Below are positions 19,341 through 31,937 of a stretch of 64,000 nt of DNA, piece after piece (within the stretch, counting starts at the first letter, position 1; every line of letters begins with the position of its first letter). The notes under the pieces are model-generated. The model had not been told where the DNA came from. It made no database searches and saw nothing but the letters and a program-made list of their open reading frames with translations. Source of the stretch: Utricularia gibba (lineage: Eukaryota > Plantae > Magnoliophyta); contig CM007991.1 of assembly GCA_002189035.1 (NCBI GenBank), positions 2,294,001 through 2,358,000 of the forward strand, written 5' to 3'. Both the position numbers and the translations under genes were made by a program.

Positions 19341-19963
19341 TGATCATCATCTTTTTTGGGAAGAATTCCTGTGTGAATTTTAGGTTATATTCTAATGAAT
19401 TTATGAAAATTTCCGTACTTACAATTTTCTGTTTGCATCCTTACCGAATCGCGATAGTCATGGGGATGAATTGCGGTTCTAGGGTTTTGAAATCGGGCCT
19501 GGCCCAACACCCAACCCGGTGCCACGTCCGTGCGTACTGGGTGCCAGAGTGGTAGGACCCGGCCCAATAATCTCCCATAATGGGCCTCGAGGCTGATGAT
19601 CAAATCTAAGTTCCTAGACTATTATTTCCTATTATTTAAAAATATAAAAACTGTCAATGAATCAAGCATGGTTAATGAACGGATCCATCGAGGTATCTGA
19701 GTCTGACTTTTTCTGCCCTTTATAAAATATTATCGTGCATTATTAAAAATAGTATTTTCCGGTATCATTTATTTATGAAAACAACTTGGAAGTGATTTAT
19801 TACTAAATGATGACCATATAATTACACTAACTAGAATGGCGGCGAATTGGATGATCACACGTGGAGGAATTGCCTGCCGCGTCCGGTGTTCCTCTGCTCC
19901 GTGTCTTTCCTCCTCACTCAGATGAAAGGTTGGGGCAGGGGGGAGGAAGAGCGGAAACCGAGA

Positions 19964-21449
19964 ATGGGTTCGGTTCCTGAATCCGCTCACTTCATCCTCT
20001 TCCCCTTCCTGTCCCAGGGACACATAATCCCGCTCCTCAGTCTCGCCCGTCTGCTCCGCCGCCGCTGCGCAGCGATCACCGTCTGCACAACCCCCGGCAA
20101 CGCTGCTGCCGTAAAAACCTACCTCATGGGCACCGATATCCGTGTCATCGAGTTCCCTTTTCCGCAGAACATTGAGGGCGTGCCCCCAGGCGTCGAGAAC
20201 ACCCACAAATTGGCGTCCATGGATGCCTTTATTAACTTCGCCAGGGCCACCAAATCTATGCAGGAAAGCTTTGAGAACGCCCTGGAGACGCTTGACCCGC
20301 CGCCTGCGGCCGTGATTTCTGATTTCTTTTTGGGTGGACGTTGGAATCGGCGGTTAAGTACGGTGTCCCGCGGTATGTGTTCACAGGGATGGGCCAATTT
20401 TCGTATACCATGTATAATATTATTGAGCCGGAGAAGAACCATCGCCGAGGTTCGTTGGATGACCCCTTTTCCATGCCCGATTTCCCTGAGATTATGATGT
20501 GCCTGAACGACTTCGATCCTTCCGTCTACACCGAAGGAGCTTACATGGAGTTTATCGTGGAGCAAAAGACAGCGACTGCTGCGAGTCAGGGGATTCTCGT
20601 TAACTCGTTTTACGAGCTTGAGGGCGTGTACGTCGACTACTGGAACCAGAAATTCGGACCCAGAGCACTCTGCGCCGGCCCCCTGAGCGAGGCGGTGCGT
20701 GGACTTCAATCGCCGGCACCGACAGGTCAGCATGCGGAGTTCCTGGACGAGAGATTGGAGAGCCAGCAGCCCGTTCTGTACGTAGCTTTTGGGACTCAAG
20801 CACACGTCCCTCCAGAGCAGATTGAGGAAATCGCGGAGGGGTTAGACAAATCGGGGGTGAGTTTCTTGTGGACGCTCAGATCGAAGGATGAGAAGTTCAT
20901 AGAAAACTTTCAGAGGAAAGTGAAGGGCAGAGGCATGGTCTCCACCGATTGGGTTGACCAGATTTCGATTCTCCAGCACAGTGGAGTGAAGGGGTTTTTC
21001 AGCCACTGTGGATGGAATTCTGTCATGGAGAGCATCGCCTCCGGCGTCCCCATCCTCGCGATGCCGTTCATGGCGGAGCAGCACATGAACGCCAAGTTCG
21101 TCGCCGAGGTTGGCCATCTCCTGTTAACTTGAAAAACGATCATGTGTTATTGTCCTCATTAAGACTCTTTTTCTTTTTCAACCAAAAAAAGGTGGCGGGG
21201 GTTGGGCTGAGGGCGATGCCAGTGGGATCGGTGAGAGGGTTGGTGTCGGCGGAGGAGATTACGAGGAAGGTGAGGCAGCTGATGATCGGAGAAGAAGGTG
21301 CGGAGGTAAGGCGGAGGTCTGCGGAATTGGGGCGCACTGCCCAGAAGGCTGCCGGTGAAGGCGGGTCGTCGCATCTGTCGTTGGATTCTTTCGTTGCTGA
21401 GATCAACGGTAGGGAAGCGGTCGGCTCGGCGCGGCTCGGCTCGGCTTAG
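19964..21449 (+). CDS. UDP-glycosyltransferase, UGT90A-like; apparent 1-nt frameshift at about 20332; intron 21109-21191
   Basis: HFILFPFLSQGHIIPLL...GVPPGVENTHKL...ISDFFLG, then a frame change to WTLESAVKYGVPRYVF. Complete PSPG box WVDQISILQHSGVKGFFSHCGWNSVMESIASGVPILAMPFMAEQ. Second exon VAGVGLR...GGSSHLSLDSFV. Confidence 0.88.
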
Positions 21450-21548
21450 GGTTGTAGGATGAACCACCCATTTTACTGGACCTTGGTTGGTGCCAAATAA
21501 ATGTTGACGTCAGCCCCACACAGAAGTACCAGCACCTAATCGCTCATT

Positions 21549-21940
21549 TAGGTTGGTTTGGTAGATTTATTATAATTAATGTTTGTGAAAATAATTATTA
21601 TTACCATAAATAATGATTTAATTGTTTAGAAATTAATTGTGTTTGGCAATATTGTTATTATTAATATTGTTTAGGATTAAATTATATTTGATAGTTTATT
21701 GTTAAGATAACTATGTTATAATTTTTTTTATTTTTCTACCTTAACAGTCATTAATTAAGAAATTAATTAATAATTATTATGACTAATATGCATTTGAAGT
21801 ACTTTAGTGTTAACAATCATTTGTTTGTTAAAGTATTTTGAAGCTAAATCATATTGTTTAACTTCATAAAACTACCAAACAGCTACTTATAATTTATTTA
21901 TATTGTTAAATTGATTTAACAAACCAACCAAACAGAACCT
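21549..21940. mobile_element. Degenerate AT-rich MITE-like remnant (Tourist/PIF-Harbinger-like ends)
   Basis: Very AT-rich. Left end AGGTTGGTTTGGTAG; the right end reverse-complements to AGGTTCTGTTTGGTTGG. No clean TSD. Confidence 0.35.
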
Positions 21941-22066
21941 TCAGAGTTTACCAAATTAGTGCCTTTCAAAATGAAATACCTTATTAGTGGGTTACAAAAT
22001 GAAATTAAGAACCAAAGAGCCAATTTTCTTATTGGGAGTAGAACCCAGTTAAGTGAATCACTAAGA

Positions 22067-23335
22067 CTTAAGGTATGTTTGTAGATGATTCTCTTTTTAA
22101 AAAGTAATTTAAAAGAATAAAACTATGTTTGGAATTGATTCATTTAAATTGATTCCAAAAAAATACTTTTTTAGAAGTATTTTTATGAAAGCAAAAAGTG
22201 TTTACAAAATATATTTCAATTCTGAAAAATCTAAAATATATTTGATAAATATAATTCTAAAAAATAACTTTTTTATTTTAATTACTATTATACCCTTTGA
22301 TATTAAAAAATTGAAAAACTATCCAACTTATCCATCTTTTTTCGTAGGATTTGTCAATTGAGCATCAACTTCATACAATAAATTTTGCTTGGATTGAAGA
22401 TTGTCAACACTTTCATTGATATTGATCATTTTCAAAAATTTTGATCAATTTTGGATCAACCCATAGAGCACGTTTCTCATATCATTCCATTGGACTACAA
22501 AATCAAGACATCTGAACAAAAAATTGTAATCAGAAAGAGGTGAGAATGAAGAAAAAAGAGAATTATGTTGATGACTTACCAAGAACTCTAACTTGACGTG
22601 ATTGTAAGAAGGGAGGAAAAACCTCAATATAAATGATCAAAAAACCAAAAGGGGTAATATGGAAATTTTATACATAAGAATCTCTTCAAATTCTAAAAAA
22701 GTTGGGTCAAGTGAGCTTCAATTTTTTTTTGAAGCTCTCTTAAATTTTTACTCCTTTGGAAACAAAATCTTATATTGTTTGGTATCAATTTGATTTTTTA
22801 AAGTACTTTTTAAAAAGAAAATCACTTTCAAACAGAACTTAAGTTGTTACTAAACATTATAATCTTTTACTTCAAATGAAGCAAAAATATGGAAGAGCTT
22901 CAAAAAAATTTGAACCTCCCATGGCCCAACTTTTTTTATATTTGGAGACTTTACTTTTTATAAAATTTTCATATTATTTTTTTGATTTTATTTATCTTTT
23001 ATAATAAATTTTTCCTCATTTATTCCAATCAACTTAGAATTAGGAATCTTGGTAATTATTCAATATAATTCTCATTTTTTCTCATTCTCACCTATTTCTG
23101 ATTCCAATTTTTTTGTCCAAATTTCCCGATTTTGCGGAAATGATGGACATATAAGAAGGGTAAAATAGTATTTAAAATAGAAAAATTACTTTTATGAAGT
23201 TAATTTTATCAAACAGAGTTTAACTTCTTCAAAATTGAAGTATATTTTACAACCAATTTTTACTTCAAAAAAAGTGATTCTCAAAAATTACTTACTGGAA
23301 GTAATTAACATGAATCCCTTCCAAACAAAGTTTTA
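22067..23335. mobile_element. Overlapping MITE-like remnants with TGTTTG-type terminal inverted repeats
   Basis: 22118-22143 TAAAACTATGTTTGGAATTGATTCAT vs the reverse complement of 23310-23335 TAAAACTTTGTTTGGAAGGGATTCAT (23/26 identical). A second, weaker pair lies at 22067 and 22843, with an internal inverted repeat at 22701-22737 and 22895-22930. No coding capacity. Confidence 0.5.
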
Positions 23336-23445
23336 GCCTCATTTTTGTGAACAAGGAAAAACGCAGGCTTTCAACAGCATTCCAGATTCCACACTCAAAT
23401 TCAACCAAATCAAAAACATGGTGCCTATGTTGATCAGGCCTCGGA

Positions 23446-24286
23446 TCAAGAAGACTTGGCTTCATTTTTGTGAGGGATGCTCTGCAATTCCCTCCTCAGC
23501 TGAAGGGAGAAATCATCGTTGACATCATCATCATCCCAGTCGTCTTCCCACTGCTGAGTTATTTCCTCCGCCTCCTCCTTCTCATCCCAAACTGAAAATG
23601 CACCACATAACCGTTTTGTCAAGAAATCATCATAAAAGCAACACAGCTTGGATGGATTGGACAATGCATAGAGTTGGGTTTAAACTTGGGGGGTTCTCAA
23701 AAAACAGGCGATGGAAAAGCTATGGCAAAGACATTTCGAAGGAAAACTTTTAAAAGCACCAGCAACGAGATCTCTGCAACATCCCAATACTTCAATGCAA
23801 CTCCACTTTGAATTACAACAAGAAGAGTAATCCAGTCAGCTATTTCAATAATTCTTGGTGGCGCCACCACAGTAAAATTTCCTACTAGAATTTGTGCACT
23901 AGAGTAACTAAATTCCTCGACACCTTCTGAAGATCATACCTTAGCTTTCAATTCCACAAAGCCCTACCCCGGAAACAGGACACATACATGCCAATTCAAC
24001 CCTAAAAGCCCGCAGCAAATGAGTCAGGGCATTGAAAAAACAAAAAAAGAAACCAGAAAACGATTCTAGCGTGATAAGCCAGCGGAATCCATAGCTCGGA
24101 GAATTGGCAAGTTTTTAGTTTTGCGCAGGGAACAGCGATTTGGGTAAATCCACCACCACATACCGACTTAAAGGGATCGAAGAAAGGAAACCTACCTTGA
24201 CCGATGTCGAACTCCTCAAACTCGTCATCGTCTTCAAAGAGATCTGTCTTCTTCACTTCCTGGGGCTTCGGTTGCTCTGCCGCCAT
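23446..24286 (-). CDS. DSS1: DSS1/SEM1 (26S proteasome/TREX-2/BRCA2-associated small acidic protein)
   Basis: Exons 24286-24196 and 23591-23446: MAAEQPKPQEVKKTDLFEDDDEFEEFDIGQ|VWDEKEEAEEITQQWEDDWDDDDVNDDFSLQLRRELQ. Confidence 0.95.
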
Positions 24287-24501
24287 TAAAACTGCTCTGC
24301 AATGCAAAGGATTCGAAAAATCCGAAGCAGACTCGAATGATCGAAACCACGATGGGGGATGAGAAACCCAAGACGACTTCAGAAGATGCTATTCATGGGC
24401 CGTGGCCCAAGCTTCATTCTTTTCCACCTTAATTTCCTTTTTTCTTTTATTATTAAAAAAACACCGGGAGATGGAGAGAGAGGAACTGTCCCAAACCAAC
24501 T

Positions 24502-24566
24502 GAGATGTCTACTGGTATGCCCTTTTTCACAGGCTGCTGCTTTTTCACAACAGAGATGTCTACTGG
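24502..24566. repeat. Short direct repeat GAGATGTCTACTGG x2 (51-bp spacing)
   Basis: Identical 14-mers at 24502-24515 and 24553-24566, with CTTTTTCACA also repeated between them. Confidence 0.75.
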
Positions 24567-24762
24567 GTAACAAAAACATACCCTGCTCACTCGGGAGATG
24601 TAACTGTGCCTAGGCCTTCATGGCCAACGACTCAAAAGAATTCATAGCGCCATGGCTGAAACTGGAAAATGAGGGAGAAGAAAACTGATAGCTGCTGCTT
24701 CAATGCTTATGGTGAGGAGATGAACCTGTGTTGCTGTTGTTCATGTTCTGTGGCCATCCTAC

Positions 24763-27700
24763 TCATGCCTTGAGATCTTCAGACATGGCTGATGGAATAC
24801 AATGGGTGGACAGAATGTCCAGTGTGGCTGCTTTTGCATTCGTTGTTTGAAGAACCACAACCTACGGCAACAGTGAAACAGGTCAGCAAACGTTTCCATG
24901 AAGGCATAAAGCTACGAACCACAACCTACGAGTTGCCACAGAACATGAACAACAGCTGAAAATGAAAATGAAAACACTGGATGCAGGTACACAAGTGGGG
25001 TTGATTGCGAAAAGTGGCAATGATGTTCACACGACAGTTGGAGAGTTTTTTTCAAGAAAACAGGAAGGCATGTACGTTTGGAATTGAAAAAAATGAAATA
25101 CTACCTGCTGGTATTCGAGATCGAATTTCAAGTACTTGTTCGTGCAGCTCTCTACCATCCTGGCCAAGCTCTTCAGATTCTTCACGGGTTGGCCATTGAA
25201 GGAGAGAACCTACCACACGAGCAGGCAACCAGAGGGGCAGTGAGAATGTACGAAAACATGAAGGCATAAAGCTAAGAGAAAAAATGGAGAAGACTAAAGC
25301 GATGATGCAAATAACACTGAGGAATTGAATGTAACCTGAGTATTCACAATGTCCTCGTAGCCAATATTAATGTCAGCCACAAGTACCTTCAAGACATATC
25401 ACAATCAGGCCAAGTATTACGGAAAGGATGCACAATTAATAGCAGAAAAAAAAAATCTGCAGTGTTTCATGCTCGATTTTTTTTTTACCTGGGAAACAAC
25501 AACAATTTGTTCATCTGGTGATTGTGGTAATTCGTGCAAGAGTTTTTCCAATAACTTAACAGGGGCTTCAAATTCGTAATCTTTTCCGTACTGTGGATAT
25601 CAAAGAAAAGCAACACTTGGTCACAAAATAAGGCTGCAGTTATTGCCTTACTGATAAAACTATGCCCACTAAAGCAAGGACATGCATAGTGAACAAATAC
25701 AAACCTCAGAACGTAAATATGGAACAGAAACTGTGGTGAAAACGAATCCGGCAATTATGTAGTATGATGGAGGTCTGCCTTTATTGTGTGCGGGAATCAA
25801 TCTTCTATGTGTACCAAGTTTGATATTAAACTTTACTGCTTGGGAATTACGGAGCACTTTAATTACTGCACTGTCACCAGTATACTTCTGAGATACAAGA
25901 TAGCTAAAACCAATTCGCTCTCCACGCCTGAACGGAACTGCATTAAACGGAAATGCATGAGTTAAAAGGATAACTGCAATTCACACTTCAGAAAAAATGA
26001 GGGACTGCCCCACTCCAGACATGGCTTCTACCGGGTTAAAGAGAAAAAAAAAAAAAAAAAGCATACCCAAACACTACAACACCAGTTCATTGCAAAAAAT
26101 AAGCAAAAGGGAAAGAGAGGAGGGAATGATTTTTTTAAAAAAAGAATCTTCAGGTGCAGCAAGATTCCTGCACAGGCTTTCATACCAAGCTTTATATTGC
26201 AATGAGCATCTCAACTATAGACAGAAATATTTTGTATACAATAAAATGAAATAAGGAAGCCATCAAGAGCACAAGCAACGATTTGGCTGGATAAAAAAGT
26301 CATTGTTTTGTTCATCCATGATTTCGGAATTTTTGCAATAAAAAGTACCTGTTCCATCATTAGCAATATCAACACCATCAAAGCTAAGTATTATGTCTGA
26401 TGGTTTCAAAACCTCAAACTCTGGTGAGGTGGGGTCAATCCTTCTTATTCGTACACCCTTCTGATCAGGTTTCATTCCTGAAGACAACCGCAAATCTGGA
26501 TTTTCCATTTTCTGCCACTCAACTCCAAGAATGGGAAATCCTAAAAAACAGTAAGAAGACGAGAAAATCAGTCGACTACAATATTTCTAGACGTAAATAG
26601 GCGCAAAGCAAGCTCCTCATGCACCAAATAGATCATTGATTGTGTAGAGTGATCGTGAACATAAAAATAATAACATAAGCAAGACCTAAAAATGATAAAA
26701 AAGGCATACCAGTATATCCCCCGTTCTTCTCGTAATCCTGGATAAAGTGCATTATAACAGGAGTTGGAATAACGTAACCAATATTCTCCACGTCCTCATG
26801 CTTGAGAGACTGAAATGCAATGCCAACACAGTTTCCTTTGTCGTTAAAAGCAGGTCCACCTGAGTTTCCAGAGTTTATAGCCGCATCTATCTACGAGGCA
26901 AGATAGATACCATCAAACAATACTGTAATATAATCACCAACAGAAAATGCATAAATTGCAGGCAATAAAAACCTGCAGCCCAAGAAGTTCGGTTGATCCA
27001 TGAACATATGAAAGAATTTCTATCCGTGACACAACTCCACTTGTGACAGAAATGGTGTCACCGCCAATTGGATAACCAACCACGGTTACAGCATCCTGAA
27101 GAGCAGGCAGGTCACCAAATTCTACAGGTTGAACGCCATCCCAGAATTCATCATCGTCGACTGTTAGCAGAGCTGCATTGCGAAAACTAAAATAATGTCA
27201 TAAAAGGAAAAAGTGAACTTTACTTTCTAACTACGATGTACAGAAATTGGGTCCCTCGTCTGGTAGAAACTATGGCTGAAAGAAAGGCAATGGACACGAT
27301 AACGATGAGAGGTGTATCACCTATGTCACATTCTGTTCCGATAGCCAGAACAGTAGCTATGTATTTGGTATCTGAACCCCGTTTCTTCAACTTCACCTGC
27401 GTATAATGCTCCACCGAATGCGCATTCGTCAAAACCCTTCTTCCTTTAATGACAAACCCACTACTGCTAGAGCTATACTGCCTCTTCCTCTGCCACGGCA
27501 AGGAAAAATTCGGTTCTGTGTGAACGCAAAATACCTTCACCACCGCGTCCATGGCAGGTGATGTCCTAGCCACAGACCCTTCTCTACCAACATCCATCAG
27601 CGCAGCAGTCACTGCCCCACTGAATCCTGCCGGAACCGACACCGTTAGGGTTTTGGAATTGTTATTCACGGAAGGCTCATTTTCAGGTTTTTTCGTACGC

Positions 27701-27912
27701 CGGCCACGGCGGCCTCCACGGTGATCAGGTGAAACTGGCTTCGGACTCGGGTTTACAATATCAACTTTCGCAACCGAAAACGCAGCTTCTTCCCTCTCGG
27801 TAACATTGCTGTCTGGGTGGGAGCTTCCGGCTTCTTCATCAGCCTCAGTTTCTGCCGGATGATTCTCTGTCCGGCGGCCGCGTTTCCGTTTCCGGTTGGG
27901 CTCCCTACACAT
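24763..27912 (-). CDS. DEG9: Deg/HtrA serine protease DEG9-like
   Basis: Basic N-terminus NRKRKRGRR; [28 protein letters not shown]; intact triad TNAHSV / ECDI / [13 protein letters not shown]; PDZ MENPDLR...[13 protein letters not shown]; ends [32 protein letters not shown]. Confidence 0.93.
24897..24956. repeat. 60-bp mosaic of three locally templated segments in the last DEG9 intron
   Basis: 24897-24914 = 25257-25274 (18 bp, direct); 24916-24930 = 24852-24866 (15 bp, direct); 24935-24956 = reverse complement of 24733-24754 (22 bp). Confidence 0.9.
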
Positions 27913-28095
27913 CAATGAAAGCGACGGAGGAAACGTAGAAACTGATTCTGATCCGACCGCAGACGGAAAATTCCTTCGCTCCTAGCAATCGGACGACGTC
28001 ACTCGGCCTTTCACCTTCGCCATTTGGTTGCACTCCAGAGTCCATACTGGTAAATGTGCAACGCACTTCAATGTTGTTGGGCTTCAATCTGACTT

Positions 28096-28138
28096 TGGGC
28101 CCTCCAAGACTTCTTACTGGGCTCACTGTAAAAGCCCA
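28096..28138. promoter_or_regulatory. Site II cluster in the divergent DEG9/GMPP promoter
   Basis: TGGGCC at 28096, TGGGCT at 28118, AGCCCA at 28133. Confidence 0.55.
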
Positions 28139-28739
28139 AAAATCCCAAGAGAGAGATGACAGCAGCTTGCTGTGTAAAGGTTGTTCTTTTAGTGTCCTAC
28201 TAATCAGAAAAAGAAGCTCCTTTCCTTTTGAAAACTTGGGTGTGGATTTGTTAAACTAAGAAAACTAAGAAAACTAAGCCATGGATCATGGACCAATTTG
28301 TCTTAAAAGTATATATCATTAAGGAATCTGTGTGATGTGTTTTTGTGCAAAAGTCAGCGTTTTTCGGCAGTTGGACTAAAAAATTTGTGGTGAATTCAAT
28401 GAAGAATCGAGAAAAATGAATTCAGCCGGAATTATCTGCAGCCCTATATGCATATGTATGTGCGGAGGGATCAGCGGCATGGCACCTGCTGACAGGTAGA
28501 CAGCAGCGATTTTCGACCCTACAATGACATCCCATATCACCGCACCAATAATAAGTCGGTTGTGTTATCCGATCCCTCTGAGAAAAATTACCGTTATTCA
28601 TTTATGCAACTTTAATGTGCCCGGTTTCATACGCCATTCATTCAGCAACCTTTCACCCCCGCAAAATTGTTGGTTCTTTTATTGCATTTGAGGTGTTCAC
28701 GTGAACTGTGATTTGGGTTTGGGAAAACTTAGTACTCTG

Positions 28740-31482
28740 ATGATGGGGAGCTCAGGGGAGAGAGTGGTAGCCGTTATCATGGTTGGTGGACCGACTAAAG
28801 GTTCGTTTTTTCAGATTTTTCATTGATGTTTATCTGATTGGAGTTTAGTCTTGCCGTGGATTTTCCTCCTGTTGGGAAATGATTAAACTTTTTAGATGTG
28901 ATTGGTTATACTTATGGAATACTGATGATTTGTTTTTATTGAGATTTTCGATCTTGTTTCTGGTGCTTTATGGGATTTTGAAATGCAGGAACTAGATTCA
29001 GGCCATTGTCACTGAACATTCCCAAGCCCCACTTTCCATTGGCGGGACAGCCAATGGTTTATCATCCCATCTCTGCATGTAAAATGGTATGCAACAGATC
29101 ACGGGAACTAAGCAAACATGAACACTACCCAAAAAATGAGATTTGCATCTGTTGACTATCTGTGGTATTCTGCTCAGTAAGGCTTCAATTTTTGTAGATC
29201 CCAAATCTAGCACAGATCTACCTCATTGGTTTTTATGAGGAGCGTGAATTTGCTTTAATCGTTTCATCGATATCAAACGAGCTTAAGGTGCCTGTCAGGT
29301 AATGAGGATCGTTCACTAGATCTTACTATTACGCTGATTTCATTGCCGTGAATTATATTCATAGTTTGCTCCCACTTGTTGTTAGGTACTTGAAAGAGGA
29401 AAAGCCACATGGTTCTGCTGGTGGACTCTACAGTTTCAGGGATCTGATCATGGAAGATGATCCAGTTCTGACTCTATACTATTTTCACATACACTCTCAC
29501 TGAAGAAGTGGCATTTCTCTTGCCATTTGGTGAATTGGTTTCAACACGCTTTTTTTCTTTTACAGTCCCACATCTTCTTGATGAATTTCGATGTCTGTTG
29601 CAGCTTCCCTCTGCCGCAAATGCTTGGTAATATGCCAGTTTTTACTACAACCTTTCCAATTCATCCACCTGAGCAGTAGTTCATATAATGATTTGTTGAA
29701 TGCTTTATAGAGGCTCACAGAAGCTATGGTGGGCTTGGAACAGTTTTAGTGATCAAGGTTGGCAATTTCCAAGTTGATTATTATTGTTTCATCAGGGATG
29801 TATTCATTTTCTACATAGCTCATCATCGAAGCTGCTTCCTATTGCAGGTTTCTCCCGAGTCAGCAAACCAGTTCGGAGAATTAGTTGCTGATCCTCAAAC
29901 CAATGAATTGTTGCATTATACTGAGAAACCCGAGACTTTTGTATGCACTTTTTGAGACTAGTAGTACATTTAGCCCTTCCACAATTCACTTCCTCTGTTA
30001 CATGCTACAGGTTAGTGACCTGATAAATTGTGGAGTGTACATATTTACCCCAGAAATTTTTACTGCTATTCAGGGTGTGGCCACACAGCGAAAAGACAGA
30101 GGTATTAAACCTTTTCCCAGCTGTTTTCCTTTGTTCGTTCTCATGGTTTATATTGGCTAGATATGCAACTTGGTAACTTGGCATTCATCTTGTTTGCATT
30201 CTTCTTCTTTTTTTGCGTTTGATTTGTTAAAATATTTTCAGCCATACTTAGGCGTATGTCCAGCTTTGAAGCACTGCAATCAGCAAACAGGTACACCTCA
30301 TTCCAACACCTATTGAATGTTGTGATATTTCAGGTTTCAAGTTACACCCTTTTTGTTATTTCTGATACAATTTCTTTCACAGAAGTGCGCCACCAGATTA
30401 TGTGAGACTGGATCAAGATATACTAACACCGCTTGCAGGGAAAAAGAAGCTGTTTGTCTATGAAACAAGGGATTTTTGGGAACAAATTAAAACCCCTGCG
30501 TAAGCCGAATGTGTGAATCTGCATTTCATCACAAAAATGTGCTTCTAACAAAAATCTTTCGGGCTTCTAGGATGTCCTTGAAGTGTTCTGGTCTGTATCT
30601 TGCACAATTCAGGTTGACGTCACCTCATCTACTGGCAAATCCTGCTACTAGAAATGTGGCAATTTCAGGCGATGTATATATTCATCCTTCAGCAAAAGTT
30701 CATCCAACTGCAAAGGTAATGAAAAGCCAAAAAATTCTTTGGTATTATTTATTTTGCTTCATCCAGGTTACATTCAAATGCTGCTGTATAAAAATGGGTA
30801 TAAAAATGTCGTGAATGGAAACAGATTGGGCCCAATGTTTCTATCGCTGCCAATGCTCGGGTAGCTTCTGGTGCGAGACTCACGAATTGCATAGTTCTTG
30901 ATGATGTTGAGATCAAGGTGACAAGACTTTAAATGAACTAGTGCACGGACTTCTCAAAGATTGATTCTTGGACACCCTTTCTAGGAAATCATGCTTGTCT
31001 CTGTTTACTCTGTCAGGAAAATGCTGTGGCAATTCATGCAATCATTGGATGGAAGTCCTCAATTGGGAAGTGGTCCAGAGTGCAGGTCCTTAGCTTTTCC
31101 CGATATACTCGCATTATTATCTTTTAACTTGAACAAGATGAGACAACAGGAAACATTACTTCCACTCATGTTTTGTCTGGGAAATAAGAACCGTCAAACC
31201 CCATGTTTTGCTGAATAAGTTACTTGGCTAAATCACCCAAACTTTTTTTTCAGGCTTCAGGAGACTACAACGCAAAGCTGGGAGTAACCATTCTGGGTAC
31301 GCAGAAACCGATTTCATTCTTCAGTTTATCATCTTCAGTTGATCGTATCTGATAAAGTTTGCTCTTTCATTCTGGAACCAGGTGAATCCGTGACCGTGGA
31401 AGACGAAATCGTCGTGTTCAACAGCATTGTACTTCCAAATAAGACTCTCAACGTCAGCGTTCAAGAGGAAATCATACTGTAG
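28740..31482 (+). CDS. KJC1: Mannose-1-phosphate guanylyltransferase alpha / KONJAC-like (GMPPA)
   Basis: [19 protein letters not shown]|[14 protein letters not shown]; [10 protein letters not shown]; [31 protein letters not shown]; [15 protein letters not shown] hexapeptide region; ends [16 protein letters not shown]. Confidence 0.92.
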
Positions 31483-31937
31483 AATAATGCTGATTCTTTT
31501 GATATTTGAAGAGGATTGAGGATACTGGAAACCACCTGTGTGATTTTTTGTCAACTGTATCGTGACAAGATGTAGAATTTGCATGGTATACCTACACAAC
31601 GTTTATAAAAGAAGCGATATTTATACTCACTGAAATGGTGAATGATGGTACAGCCGTTGCTGCAGAAGAGCAGGGCCATGAAATGTCTTCTCAATCAATT
31701 CTCGCTTTGTTCTACTCTTAAATTTGTCAGCTTGGGTTCCGGTCGTGGGAATTTGAAGCCCGTTCCTTGTACACTTGTGCGCTTTCTGTCCTCTCGAATC
31801 TTCAGATTTTGATGATTACCTTGAACGGTGATTTATGGTGGCGTCGTTTTCGTATGTGAATTCAGGGTTTCTCAAATTGGAGGGAGAGAGGTTCTTTGCG
31901 TGAATTTTGTTCGGGTTCGATTTCGAGGGTGAAATCA

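Noticed and set aside
20119-20805. 228-aa minus-strand ORF and other ORFs over the UGT
   Set aside because: These are antisense shadows of a GC-rich coding sequence.
24502-24956. Short repeats as a CRISPR-like array
   Set aside because: The context is eukaryotic, there are only two copies per unit, spacing is irregular and there are no cas genes.
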